Shown piece by piece: positions 27,633-39,356 of a DNA stretch of 64,000 nucleotides. The translations under genes and the position numbers were made by a program. The notes beneath the pieces were generated by a model, which had not been told where the DNA came from, did not search any database, and saw only the letters and a program-made list of their open reading frames with translations. The stretch is from an uncultured Candidatus Kuenenia sp. (GTDB lineage: Bacteria > Planctomycetota > UBA11346), in contig CAZZJC010000021.1 in the NCBI GenBank assembly GCA_964654285.1, positions 5,249 through 69,248 of the forward strand, given 5' to 3'. Position 1 is the stretch's first letter, and each line of letters starts with the position of its first letter.

Positions 27633-28344
27633 ATGCCCAGAACCCTGATCGCCGTCGAGTCCATTCAGCGTTCGATCCACCACTTGCGCGGCCAGCGGGT
27701 CATGACCGACGCCGACCTTGCCCGGTTGTACGGCGTCACGACCAAACGCCTGAACGAAGCCGTGAAACGCAACAGCAAGCGTTTTCCCTCGGATTTCATG
27801 TTCGAACTGACGCTGGCGGAGGAGGATGGTTTGAGGTCGCAATCTGCGACCTCAAAGGCCACGCCACCAGCCAGGGGCGGTCGCCGCTATCGGACCCACG
27901 TCTTCACCGAGCAGGGCGTGGCGATGCTCTCGAGCGTGCTTCCAAAGAACTTCCCCGCTGCGCGGGGTTCCGGCTGGGCCGGAAGGGTCGGCTTCGCCGT
28001 CCCAAGTTCTTGTTTGTCCGGGGGCTGCCCCCCCGTAACGCGCCTCCGGCGCTCCCCCATGAGCAGCCTGATGGCTGCTCAACAGCCCGCGCGCCATTGC
28101 GGTCAATATCGAGATCATGCGCGCCTTCGTGCAGATGCGGAAAACGCTGACGGCGAACGTTGATCTGGCCAAGCGGCTGGCGGTGCTCGAAGCCGAGATG
28201 GGTCGCCACGCCGCCGAGTTCGGGCACCACAAGGCTGAGACGGTGCGGGCAATGAAAGTGGTCTTCGCCACCTTGAAAGCCCTGGCAGCCGAAAAGGCGG
28301 CGCCTGAACCCAAACGCAATCCCGTCGGATTCGTGCTGAAATAG
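27633..28344 (+). pseudogene. ORF6N (KilA-N-like) domain protein gene disrupted by insertion of a ~150-bp MITE-like element
   Basis: MPRTLIAVESIQRSIHHLRGQRVMTDADLARLYGVTTKRLNEAVKRNSKRFPSDFMFELTLAEE...RRYRTHVFTEQGVAMLSSVL is a canonical ORF6N domain. After the insert the protein continues in another frame as NSPRAIAVNIEIMRAFVQMRKTLTANVDLAKRLAVLEAEM... (ORF 28117..28344). Confidence 0.7.
27936..28084. mobile_element. MITE/REP-like multi-hairpin repeat element, copy A
   Basis: About 92% identical to 36893..37044. It contains the nested inverted repeat aagaacttcc...ccaagttctt and hairpins ccccgc-tgc-gcgggg, ttccggc-tgg-gccggaa, cggggg-ctgc-cccccg, gcgcc-tcc-ggcgc and gcagcc-tgat-ggctgc. Confidence 0.75.
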
Positions 28345-28384
28345 CGGCTTGTCCGCAGCCAGGGCGCGGGCACCCTCGACACCC

Positions 28385-30571
<2,187 letters not shown>

Positions 30572-30575
30572 CCAT

Positions 30576-30677
30576 AAAAATCGCAATTGCACCCCATCTG
30601 CCGCGTTGGTCGTCGGTCATTTGGCGCTGCCCAACTCCCTCCTCCCGCCTTGCAACTGGGGCGCACTTGCGATTTTT
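30576..30677. terminator. Long imperfect inverted repeat (20-bp arms, ~60-nt loop) starting 5 nt after the glgB stop, flanked by A5/T5; terminator-like structured element
   Basis: aaaaatcgcaattgcacccc ... ggggcgcacttgcgattttt. 18 of 20 positions are complementary. Confidence 0.45.
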
Positions 30678-30845
30678 ACGAGGAGTCGTGGGTGGGCTGA
30701 TTTCTCGCGCGGGGGCATTTCCGACCCTCCACGTACCTCAGAGCGTCCGGACCCCATTGCCGATTTGGTGCCCGCACAAGCCTGTTCAAAACCTCGTTCC
30801 GAGGCCACCTGGGGACGGAATCGCGGTTTTTCCGGGTTGTCTAGG

Positions 30846-31910
30846 ATGACCGGGTACCCGGCGGCGGACGACGACGCCGCGATCGTCAAGAACGAGGTCA
30901 AGGTCCTGAAGCGGCTGGATGAGCACCACCGCGAGGTGTCCTTCACCGTCGGCCGCCGGCACCAGACCTCGTGGCGGCTGGACGACTACCTGCGCGTGTT
31001 CTGTCCGCGCTATCCCAAGGAGCTCATCGCCCGCTGGTGCGCCGATGGCCGCCTGACCGTCGATGACGCGGCCTGCACCGCGGATCAGATCGTCGCCGGC
31101 GGCCAGCGCGTGCGCCTGCTCGCACCGCTGCCGAAACCCGATCCGACCTACGTCGTGCCGCCGCTCGAGATCCTGCACCACGACGACGATTGCATCGCCG
31201 CCAACAAGCCGGTGGCGCAGCTCGCGCATCCCGCCGGCAAGATCATGACCGGGACGCTGCTCAACCTGCTCGCCGACTGGGTCGCGGCGCGCGGCGGAGC
31301 GCCGGACCAGGTGCGCCTGGTCAACCGCATCGACCGCGACACGAGCGGGATCTGCCTTGCCTCACGGACGCTGGAGGCGCACGTCGCGCTTGCCACCGCG
31401 CTGGCCGAACGCCGCGCGGTGAAGGAATACCTCGCGATCTGCCACGGCGTCCCGGCCGCGCCGACGGGCGAGTGGACCGAACCCCTGGGCGAGGATCCGC
31501 GCGGCAGCGTGGCCCGCGTGGTGCGCGACGACGGCCAGCCATGCCGGACGGAATACCGGGTCGTCGCGGTCGCGCCGGCGACTGCCGCGGATCAGGCCCC
31601 GCGCTTCGCCCTGCTGCGCCTGGTCCTGCATACCGGCCGCCAGCACCAGATCCGCGTCCACTGCGCCCACCACGGGCATCCGCTCGTCGGGGACTGGGTC
31701 TACGGCACGCCGTGCGCCGAACTGCCCGGCCAGGCCCTGCACAGCGCGCTGCTGACGATTCCCCATCCACGCGGCGGCGAACTGGCGATCACCGCGCCGC
31801 TGACCTCAGCGCTGGAAAAACTCTGGCAAAGCCTGCTTGATGGCGGTGCGCCGACGCCGGTGCCGCTGAACCCCGAACAACGCTCGCGGCTGAAATTGCC
31901 GCCAGCATAG
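30846..31910 (+). CDS. RluA-family 23S rRNA pseudouridine synthase (S4 domain + catalytic domain)
   Basis: ...HRLDRDTSG... appears here as NRIDRDTSGICLASRT. The conserved ...HTGRQHQIRVHCAHHGHPLVGD... motif is present. The upstream 80 codons of the ORF-track call lack coding character. Confidence 0.8.
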   Translation: MTGYPAADDDAAIVKNEVKVLKRLDEHHREVSFTVGRRHQTSWRLDDYLRVFCPRYPKELIARWCADGRLTVDDAACTADQIVAGGQRVRLLAPLPKPDPTYVVPPLEILHHDDDCIAANKPVAQLAHPAGKIMTGTLLNLLADWVAARGGAPDQVRLVNRIDRDTSGICLASRTLEAHVALATALAERRAVKEYLAICHGVPAAPTGEWTEPLGEDPRGSVARVVRDDGQPCRTEYRVVAVAPATAADQAPRFALLRLVLHTGRQHQIRVHCAHHGHPLVGDWVYGTPCAELPGQALHSALLTIPHPRGGELAITAPLTSALEKLWQSLLDGGAPTPVPLNPEQRSRLKLPPA

Positions 31911-31916
31911 GCGGCG

Positions 31917-32840
31917 TTGAACCGGCGCACGGAGCGCGGATCTCCGGTCCGCAAGTCTTTTCGAGCGGACCGGAGGTCCGCGTTCCGGGATTGGCTGGCG
32001 CGCAACACCATTAGCCTGCGCTGCGTGCTGCGCGCCCTCAAGCTGGCCTGGCTGATGTTCACCGTCGTGCTCAAGCGGCGGCTGGCCTATCGCGGCGACC
32101 TGCTCATCCAGGCGCTGGACGAACTCCTGCGCGGGCTGGTCGCCTTCGCGCTGCTGCAGGTGTACGTCAGCAAGTCGCAGGATCTTGCCGGCTGGAACCG
32201 GGACCAGCTCCTCTTCGTGCTCGGCTTTTCCCTGGTGCCGATCGCGTTCTTCCACTGCCTGTGCGGCAACCTCTACCAGCTGTCCAGCCGCTACATCATC
32301 AACGGCGAACTCGACCGCATCCTGCTGCGACCGTATCCGAGCTACCTCCAGATCTGCTTCGACCGCCTGGCGATCGAGGATCTGTCGGGCGCGGTGTTCG
32401 GCTTCGCCCTGATGGCGATCGCGGCGGCGCGCCTGCCCGGCTTCGACTGGTCGCCGCTCAATCTCGGCCTGCTCGCCCTGATGCTGGCTTCGGCATTCGG
32501 GGTGGTGGTGGCGGTGTTCATGGCCTTCGCCTCGACCGGCTTCTGGTTCGAGGACCGCGTCGGCATGGTGCCGCCGGTCTACAACCTGATGGAGTTCGGC
32601 CGCTGGCCGGTCGACATCTACCATCGCCTGGTGCGGCTGCTCATCACCTGCGCCATCCCGTTCGGCTTCGTCGCCTTCTTTCCCGCCAGCTTGTTCGTGG
32701 GCGGGCCGGCGGGCGAGGCCGCCAGCCCCTGGTGGCACCACCCCGGCGTCTGGACCCCGGTGGTTGCCGCAGTCGCGTTGGCTGTGGCCATGTCGTTGTG
32801 GCGGATGGGCATACGCCGCTACAACTCGGCCGGCAACTGA
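31917..32840 (+). CDS. ABC-2 family transporter permease (ABC2_membrane_6-like)
   Basis: Six predicted TM helices. The start region ...LKRRLAYRGDLLIQALDELLRGLVAFALLQVY... is typical of this permease family. Start uncertain (TTG at 31917 or ATG at 32055). No cognate ATPase is adjacent. Confidence 0.5.
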   Translation: MNRRTERGSPVRKSFRADRRSAFRDWLARNTISLRCVLRALKLAWLMFTVVLKRRLAYRGDLLIQALDELLRGLVAFALLQVYVSKSQDLAGWNRDQLLFVLGFSLVPIAFFHCLCGNLYQLSSRYIINGELDRILLRPYPSYLQICFDRLAIEDLSGAVFGFALMAIAAARLPGFDWSPLNLGLLALMLASAFGVVVAVFMAFASTGFWFEDRVGMVPPVYNLMEFGRWPVDIYHRLVRLLITCAIPFGFVAFFPASLFVGGPAGEAASPWWHHPGVWTPVVAAVALAVAMSLWRMGIRRYNSAGN

Positions 32841-32922
32841 GCCTGAACCGTGCGTCGCGACCCGCGTTGACCCTCGTTTGACCGCCGACCGAATCCGCCG
32901 ACCAGCCGGACAAGGACACCCC

Positions 32923-34569
32923 ATGACGCAACCTCCTGCCCCGAATCCTGCCGGAAATCCCAACCAACCCGCAAAGCCGCCGAAACCGCCAAAGATGAAG
33001 AAGAAGGGCGGTTTCACCTGGCTTGTCCTGTCCGTCGTCATCCTGGGCCTGGCCGCGTTGTTCCTCCTCGCCGGCGACAAGCTGCGCGCCGCCTTCGGCC
33101 TGGGAAATCCGCAGACCGATGAAGGCCCCGATCCCAAGGCGATCGCCGGGATCAAGATCAGCGAAGGCGCCGGTCGTACCGGGGCCGGCGCGGCCGTGAC
33201 CTTCGAGCCGCGCAACTTCGGCACCGCCGAGACGAAGACGACCGAGCCGGTGAAGATCGCTCCCACGCCCACCGTGACCCAGGCGGCCAAGACCTTCAAG
33301 GATGAGGCGAAGGGCACCGAGTTCCTCGCCCAGGCGGAAAAGGCCCTGGCCGCGATGCAGTGGGACGCCGCCGCCAGCCAGGCCCGCCGCCTGGAAAACC
33401 TCGATGTGCCGCCGCGCCTGAAATCACGCGCCTACGACATCACCGAACGCGCACCGCAGATCGCCGATCTCTTCAAGCGCCTGGGCGACCGTGACGAGCT
33501 GACCCGCGGCTGGGACACCCATCCCGGCCTGGTCGCGCTGTCGGGCCTGAGTGGCGAAGGCAGCCGGTCGCTCGCGGTGCCCCTCGCGGACGGTTCGACC
33601 ACCGAGGGCGTGGCCGACGATCCGCTCGGCTTCATCGCGTCGAGACGCCGCATCGGCGAGGTGTCGTTCCTCCTCCAGGCCAAGAACCAGTTCATCCCCG
33701 GCACCCTCCCCGACGACAAGATCGGCACGGTCGAGAAGGTCGACGTGCGGAAGATCATCGCCGAGCGCACGCAGGAGCTCGCCGGCATGGCCGACCGCAT
33801 CCGCAACAGCGACCGCGCTGCCGACAGCCTGGCCTGGTACGACGCCGGCAAGTACGCCTTCCGCAACCGCATCGATGGGCGCGTCGGCGAACTGCTGGAG
33901 CGCACCGTCGCGCTCGACCCGAAGATCGCCGGCAAGATCCGCGAGATCCGCGCCGAGACGATCATCGCCATCGTGAAGATCCATCGCAACACCGGCAACA
34001 AGACCGCCGAAGCAGGCTGGACGGTGTCACTCAAGAAGCACTTCTCCGACACCGAGGCCTTCAAGGAATACGACGCCTGGGTGAAGGGCGAGAAGGACCG
34101 TCAGATCCAGCTGGCCAAGGAACAGGACGACAAGCGCCGGCGTGAAGAGGCGGAACGCATCGATTACCTGAGGAAGGAAGCCGAAAGGAAGGCGCGGCAA
34201 GGCGACGAGGAGGCCGCAGCCGCTGCCCGGACCGCCGTCACCATCGCCGTCAAGGAGGCCACGCCCGACCCCGCCGTTCCCGAAGCGGTCACGACCCCCG
34301 CCACGGGCCCTGTGCTTGCCGCGCTCACCGAGGACGAGAAGACCGCCGACGCCCTCAAGGCCGCCGCCGAGACCGAACTCGGCAAACTCGTCGACATGCC
34401 GCCCACCGCCGAACGCTCACGCCGCTACCACGCCCTCATCCCCAACGTCACCAAGGCCAAGGGCATCTACGACCGCCTGATCCGGGCCCACAAGGCCAGC
34501 CCTGATGCCGAGATGAAATTGATCGAGACCAGCAAACTCCTGTTCATGATCAAGAAATCGCCGATGTAG
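32923..34569 (+). CDS. Hypothetical membrane-anchored protein (basic N-terminus, single TM, Ala/Glu-rich coiled-coil C-terminus)
   Basis: MTQPPAPNPAGNPNQPAKPPKPPKMKKKGGFTWLVLSVVILGLAALFLLAG..., with a C-terminal KEQDDKRRREEAERIDYLRKEAERKARQG. No recognisable family. Confidence 0.5.
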   Translation: MTQPPAPNPAGNPNQPAKPPKPPKMKKKGGFTWLVLSVVILGLAALFLLAGDKLRAAFGLGNPQTDEGPDPKAIAGIKISEGAGRTGAGAAVTFEPRNFGTAETKTTEPVKIAPTPTVTQAAKTFKDEAKGTEFLAQAEKALAAMQWDAAASQARRLENLDVPPRLKSRAYDITERAPQIADLFKRLGDRDELTRGWDTHPGLVALSGLSGEGSRSLAVPLADGSTTEGVADDPLGFIASRRRIGEVSFLLQAKNQFIPGTLPDDKIGTVEKVDVRKIIAERTQELAGMADRIRNSDRAADSLAWYDAGKYAFRNRIDGRVGELLERTVALDPKIAGKIREIRAETIIAIVKIHRNTGNKTAEAGWTVSLKKHFSDTEAFKEYDAWVKGEKDRQIQLAKEQDDKRRREEAERIDYLRKEAERKARQGDEEAAAAARTAVTIAVKEATPDPAVPEAVTTPATGPVLAALTEDEKTADALKAAAETELGKLVDMPPTAERSRRYHALIPNVTKAKGIYDRLIRAHKASPDAEMKLIETSKLLFMIKKSPM

Positions 34570-34577
34570 GCGGTTCG

Positions 34578-36236
34578 TCATACCGCCATCAATCGCACCA
34601 GGGCACGATGCCGCTCGACCGTGTCGGTGGCTGAGCGCAGATCGCACTCGATCAGCCGCCATCCCGCCTGATCCGCGGCGGCGGCGGCAAGGGCGCCATT
34701 CAATCCCGCGCGGTCGGCCACGTGGTGGTAGGTCAGGCCGAATTGCGCGGCGATGTTGATGAAATCCAAGTCATGTGCCGTCCTCACCCAGTGCTGGTAG
34801 CCGGGCTCGTTGGCCACCGGCAGGTAGTCGAAGATGCCGCCGCCGCCGTTGTTGAGGACGATGATCGCACCCGGTCCCTGCACCCGGGCGAGTCCGGCAA
34901 GAGCGGGCAGATCGTGCAGCAGCGCCAGGTCGCCGGTGAGCAGCCACGTCGGCCCGGCCGCAGCGGTGCCGGCCAGGCCGATCAGCGTCCCGACCTGGCC
35001 GTCGATGCCGTTGACGCCGCGGTTGGCGAAAATCTGGAAATCCTTCGAGCGAGGAGCGCAATGCAGGTTGGCGTGGCGCACCGCCATGCTGTTGGCGACC
35101 ATCAGGCGACGCGGAGCCGCATGACGGCAGACGAGGTGCGCCGCGAGCGGTTCGCTCCACGGGCTGTCGGCCATGGCGGTGATCAGCGTCTGATCCGCGC
35201 GGTGATCCGCCGATCGCCATGCGGAAATCCAGGCCGGATCGACGCCAGAACACGCGGGCATTTTCCCGTCAGCAGGCAGCACGGTCTCCGCCCGTGCAAG
35301 CCAGTCGCGGTTGCGGCCATCGGGTTCGTCGCAGATCCAGGTCGCACCAGCGCGGTCGAGCCACTCGTAGACGGCGCGACCCAGCGGCACGTCGCCGCAT
35401 TGGATGATGGTGTCCGGCCGTTCGCGCCCGAGCGGGCCGGAGACCAGCGCATCCGCATGGCAGATGAGGTGCGGCACGTCGTCGCGGCGCAGCCCGCTGA
35501 TCGCATCCGCGAGCACCGGATAGCCGATCGCCTCGGCCAGATGCAGGACGCGGTCGGCCACCGCGCCGTGGCCGGCGGTGATCAGGCCGCGTCGACCCAA
35601 GGCGGGTTCGCTGACGCGCAGCCGGGTGTATGGCGCTGTTCCGCCTGGATTCTTCCTTCCGGTAACCGCTGAATCCGACAACCCTTCCGGCGCCGCCCAT
35701 GATCCCGTCGGCACCAGGGGATCGCGCAGCGGCACGTTGATCACGGCCGGGCCGGATCCCTGGGCGAGCCGGCTGATCTGCGACCGCAGGGCGCGCAGGG
35801 CGCGGTCGCTGGCGACCGGTTCGCCGAGGTCGCATTCGCGTCCGCCGACCAGACCGCGCAGCACCTGGACCTGCGGCATCGTCTGCGGCGCGCCGCAACC
35901 GTGCAGTTCCCACGGGCGGTCGGCGACGACGACGATGAGCGGCAAGTGCGCGCCTTGCGCCTCGGCCAGGGCGGGGGCGCAATTCGCCAAAGCGGAACCG
36001 GAGGTGACGCAGACCAGGGCCGGCCGGCCGGTACCGCGCGACGCGCCGAGCGCGATGAACGCGCCGCTGCGCTCATCGACATGGCTGACCGCATCGTCGC
36101 CGAACGCAGATGCGAGGGCGAACAGCAGCGGGCTGTTGCGGCTGCCCGGGCAGAGCACCGCCCGGCCCACGCCGCTGCGGCGGAGTTCCTCCGCCAACGC
36201 CCGGCACCAGAGGCCATTGAGATCGCGATCACTCAC
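34578..36236 (-). CDS. menD: 2-succinyl-5-enolpyruvyl-6-hydroxy-3-cyclohexene-1-carboxylate synthase (ThDP enzyme)
   Basis: ...AVLCPGSRNSPLLFALA...ALVCVTSGSALANCAPALAEA... is a MenD-type ThDP fold. GTG start at 36236. Confidence 0.8.
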   Translation of the reverse strand: MSDRDLNGLWCRALAEELRRSGVGRAVLCPGSRNSPLLFALASAFGDDAVSHVDERSGAFIALGASRGTGRPALVCVTSGSALANCAPALAEAQGAHLPLIVVVADRPWELHGCGAPQTMPQVQVLRGLVGGRECDLGEPVASDRALRALRSQISRLAQGSGPAVINVPLRDPLVPTGSWAAPEGLSDSAVTGRKNPGGTAPYTRLRVSEPALGRRGLITAGHGAVADRVLHLAEAIGYPVLADAISGLRRDDVPHLICHADALVSGPLGRERPDTIIQCGDVPLGRAVYEWLDRAGATWICDEPDGRNRDWLARAETVLPADGKMPACSGVDPAWISAWRSADHRADQTLITAMADSPWSEPLAAHLVCRHAAPRRLMVANSMAVRHANLHCAPRSKDFQIFANRGVNGIDGQVGTLIGLAGTAAAGPTWLLTGDLALLHDLPALAGLARVQGPGAIIVLNNGGGGIFDYLPVANEPGYQHWVRTAHDLDFINIAAQFGLTYHHVADRAGLNGALAAAAADQAGWRLIECDLRSATDTVERHRALVRLMAV

Positions 36237-36299
36237 GCCGGCATCACACCGGGGTCGCCGCGATGGGGAAGAGGGCGATCGGCGCCGCCATCCAGCGGT

Positions 36300-39200
36300 T
36301 CACCGCCGCAACCGGACCCGCACCGACACGATCGCCCAGGCCCCGATCGCGAAGGTGAATCCCTCGCCATCGATCGCGGCCGTCGCACCGGCCAGCGGCC
36401 GTTCGAGCAGATCGACCGGAACCGCCGCGGCGATCGCGCCCCACGCGGCGGCATCGAGATGGACGCGGGCGGTGGCAGCGGTGCCGATGAGTTCCTGCAC
36501 CCGGATGATCACGCCATCGCCGTCCTCGGCCGGCTTGAGCTGGGTCACCGCAACGTGGGCTGGAGTACAGGCGGTGACGGTCGGACTGGTGCCGGCCAGG
36601 CGTCCGGCATGGGCGTCGGTGACGGCCCAGCGCAGGGCGTGGTTGGCTTCGACGCCCAGGCGGTGCGGAAGTTCAGGCGCGAGCTTCGTTCCGACCTGGA
36701 AGAGGAAGTTCCAGGCGTGGTCGCCGATCTCGGGCAGCGGATCCGGATCCCAGGTCGCCCGCAGCAGGTGGACCACCAGGGCATCGGTTTCGAGGGCGTA
36801 GTTGGAAATACCGTCGTTGGCCAGCACCGCGCCGGCATCGCGGCCGCGCACCGCGACCCGGCGCAGGGTGGGCAGGGTGCGGCCCTTGGGTTCGCGCTTC
36901 CTAAGAACTTCCCCGCTATGCGGGGTTCCGGCTGCGCCGGAAGGGTCGGCTTCGCCGTCCCAAGTTCTTGTTTGTCCGGGGGCTGCCTGCCCCCGTAGCG
37001 CGCCTCCGGCGCTCCCCCATGAGCAGCCTGACGGCCGCTCCAGCGACCCGAAGGGGATCTCGGCGGTGGCGAGCGGCGACGATCCGTCGTCCGACAGGCC
37101 AAGCGGGAAACGCAGCGACAGGCGCGGAGTGCCCAGTTCCGCTGACCCGCGTTCGAGCCAACGCGTCTCGACCTTCAGCCGCAGGCGGTTTTCGCCGCCG
37201 GCCAGGGTCCAGGTCAGGGTGATGCGGCTGTCGCGGTGGCGGAAGACCGCCTGGATCACCGCGAGATACGGCCCGTGCTGGAGAATCTCGATCTTGTCGC
37301 AGCCGAGCGCCACGATGTCGCGGGTATCATGGATCACCCACGACGAAGCCGGAGCGGGCCGTTCGATGGTGACCACGGGCAGGCCCAGGCAGGCGCCGGC
37401 GGGGACGAACTCGCGACCGCTCGACCGCTCGACCAGGCTCCCGATGCCGCCGCGCACGGTGTCGAAACGCACGGTGAGATGCTCGTTTTCGAAACCCAGA
37501 CGGCCGAAGGGCGAGGCGATCTTCCCTTGGCTTTCCAACTGCCCTTCGTGGTCGCACACCGTGCCGACCGTACCCGGTCCGGCAGCGGCCTTCGCAACCG
37601 CGGGCGCGGCGGGATCGACGACCAGGGCATAGGCGGTCCAGCCGCCGGCCGCCACTCGCGCCGGCACGGCGAGGTCGGTCCACGAGTGCGCCCACCAGCG
37701 GCCGGTGCCCAGCACCTGGGCCCGGACCATGGTGCCCTGGGCATCGCGGACGGCGAACGCATGCGGTGGCGGCACCGGCTGAGCGCGATCGATGTTGCCT
37801 TCCCAGGCGCGCACGGTGATCACCTCCTGGCGGTCCCAGGCGCTGGGATTGGCGACCACGATGGCGAGCGGCCAGCCGTCGACCGCCTGCGCCGCGCTCG
37901 CGTTGCCGACGACGAAACCGGCACCGGCGCCCAGGTTCAGACGCGCCAGGTTGGGGACGGGGTTCCGGCCGGCGGTGCTGGCGCTGGGGGAAGGCTGACC
38001 GGCCCAGGACGTGTCGACCACCTGGGCGAGGGCGCGCAGGGCGGTGGACTGCACGCTCTGCGCTTCGGCCAGCACGCGCTGGGTCATGCCCACAGTGTAG
38101 GCCTTCGAGTCGGCGGTGTTCGATCCCGGCAGGATGTCATGGAAATGCGTGAGCAGCGCGTCGCGCCAGGCGGTGGCCAGGCGCGCGCGCGGCGGCTGCA
38201 CGCCGCAGGCGGCGAAGGCCAGCGCGCCGGCGCCATCGGCGTCGGCCAGCGCGTTCTCACCCTGGCGGTTGGCGCGCTTGACCGCCGACTGCGAGATCAG
38301 GCAGCCGGTCAGCTCGAAGTTGAGTTCGCGATCCCAGGTCGGCAGGCGGTCGCCGAGTTTTTCCAGTTCCGTGAAGAAGGTCCGCGCGGTCGAGAACTCC
38401 CAGCGCGGCCACACCGGCCAGGCATCCATGTCGAGGATGCGTTCGATGTGCCGCCGGGTCGGGCCGCCGCCGTGGTCGCCGACGCCGTAGACCATCATCC
38501 AGGTGCGCGCGCCGGTGGCGCGGGCGAAGGTCGTCACCGCTTTGATTTGATCCGGGCCGCAGAGGTTCATGTAGTCGGCGAGTTCGCGCAGGACGAGCAC
38601 CCGCGAGCCATCAGCGGTCTGCCACCAGAACGCCGGCGGACGGTCGTTCCCGCCGCTGCGTTGCAGGTAATAGTATTTCACCCCGGCGCGGGCATCGATC
38701 GCGGGGATGCTGGCGGCGTGGCCGAAGCAGTCCGGCACCCAGTCCACCGGCACGTCATCGGGCATCAGGCCGAGGTGTTCCTGCATCCAGGCGCGGGTGG
38801 TGAGCAGCTGCCGCGCGACCGCCTCGCCGCCGGCGGTGTTGCGTTCGCCCTCGACCCAGTGGCTGGCGGTGACCTCCCAGCGGCCCTCGCGGATGCGCGC
38901 CGCGACCTCGGCGAACAGGTCCGGATCGTGGTGGCGCAGAACCTCGTACAGCACGCCCTGCGACTGGCTGAAGCGGAAACCCGGATATTCGCGCATCAGG
39001 CGCAGCACGGTGCGGGTGGTGTCGAGCATGGTGCCGACCGTTTCCTGCCACGGCCACTGCCAGTTGATATCGAGGTGCGCGTGGCCGACGCAGTGGACGC
39101 GGTACGACCGCGCCGTCGCCGCCGCCGGCGCGAGCACGGCTTCGGCCTCGGCCAGCGCCGCGTCGACCGGCCGGCCGGCCTCGACCGCAGCGGCGAACCC

Positions 39201-39356
39201 GCGTTCGGCCGCCTCGGCCAGCGCCGGCCAGAGCGCGCCTTCGGCCGGATGCAGGGTCGCCAGATCGCGCACGAACCCGGCCTGCGCCCGCAGCCGTTCG
39301 GCGAAATGCTTCTCACGGACCTGACGGCGGGCGATGGCGGCGGCGGGCGTGGTCAT
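36300..39356 (-). CDS. Glycoside hydrolase family 38 alpha-mannosidase carrying an in-frame 49-aa insert derived from the MITE-like element
   Basis: N-terminal ...HCVGHAHLDINWQWPWQETV... is a GH38 signature. The C-terminal beta-sandwich runs ...AEIPFGSLER[PSGCSWGSAGGALRGQAAPGQTRTWDGEADPSGAAGTPHSGEVLRK]REPKGRTLPTLRRVAV..., where the bracketed segment is encoded by repeat copy B. The ATG at 39354-39356 has a GAGGA RBS. Confidence 0.75.
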   Translation of the reverse strand: MTTPAAAIARRQVREKHFAERLRAQAGFVRDLATLHPAEGALWPALAEAAERGFAAAVEAGRPVDAALAEAEAVLAPAAATARSYRVHCVGHAHLDINWQWPWQETVGTMLDTTRTVLRLMREYPGFRFSQSQGVLYEVLRHHDPDLFAEVAARIREGRWEVTASHWVEGERNTAGGEAVARQLLTTRAWMQEHLGLMPDDVPVDWVPDCFGHAASIPAIDARAGVKYYYLQRSGGNDRPPAFWWQTADGSRVLVLRELADYMNLCGPDQIKAVTTFARATGARTWMMVYGVGDHGGGPTRRHIERILDMDAWPVWPRWEFSTARTFFTELEKLGDRLPTWDRELNFELTGCLISQSAVKRANRQGENALADADGAGALAFAACGVQPPRARLATAWRDALLTHFHDILPGSNTADSKAYTVGMTQRVLAEAQSVQSTALRALAQVVDTSWAGQPSPSASTAGRNPVPNLARLNLGAGAGFVVGNASAAQAVDGWPLAIVVANPSAWDRQEVITVRAWEGNIDRAQPVPPPHAFAVRDAQGTMVRAQVLGTGRWWAHSWTDLAVPARVAAGGWTAYALVVDPAAPAVAKAAAGPGTVGTVCDHEGQLESQGKIASPFGRLGFENEHLTVRFDTVRGGIGSLVERSSGREFVPAGACLGLPVVTIERPAPASSWVIHDTRDIVALGCDKIEILQHGPYLAVIQAVFRHRDSRITLTWTLAGGENRLRLKVETRWLERGSAELGTPRLSLRFPLGLSDDGSSPLATAEIPFGSLERPSGCSWGSAGGALRGQAAPGQTRTWDGEADPSGAAGTPHSGEVLRKREPKGRTLPTLRRVAVRGRDAGAVLANDGISNYALETDALVVHLLRATWDPDPLPEIGDHAWNFLFQVGTKLAPELPHRLGVEANHALRWAVTDAHAGRLAGTSPTVTACTPAHVAVTQLKPAEDGDGVIIRVQELIGTAATARVHLDAAAWGAIAAAVPVDLLERPLAGATAAIDGEGFTFAIGAWAIVSVRVRLRR
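36893..37044. mobile_element. MITE/REP-like multi-hairpin repeat element, copy B (inside GH38 CDS)
   Basis: Same element as 27936..28084. Most differences fall in hairpin loops (tgc to tat, tgg to tgc, ctgc to ctgcct) with the stems preserved. Confidence 0.75.

Noticed and set aside
31806-33317. 503-aa minus-strand ORF
   Set aside because: It overlaps two plus-strand genes with clear TM-protein character. Its own translation is low-complexity (Gly/Ala/Pro/Arg-rich).
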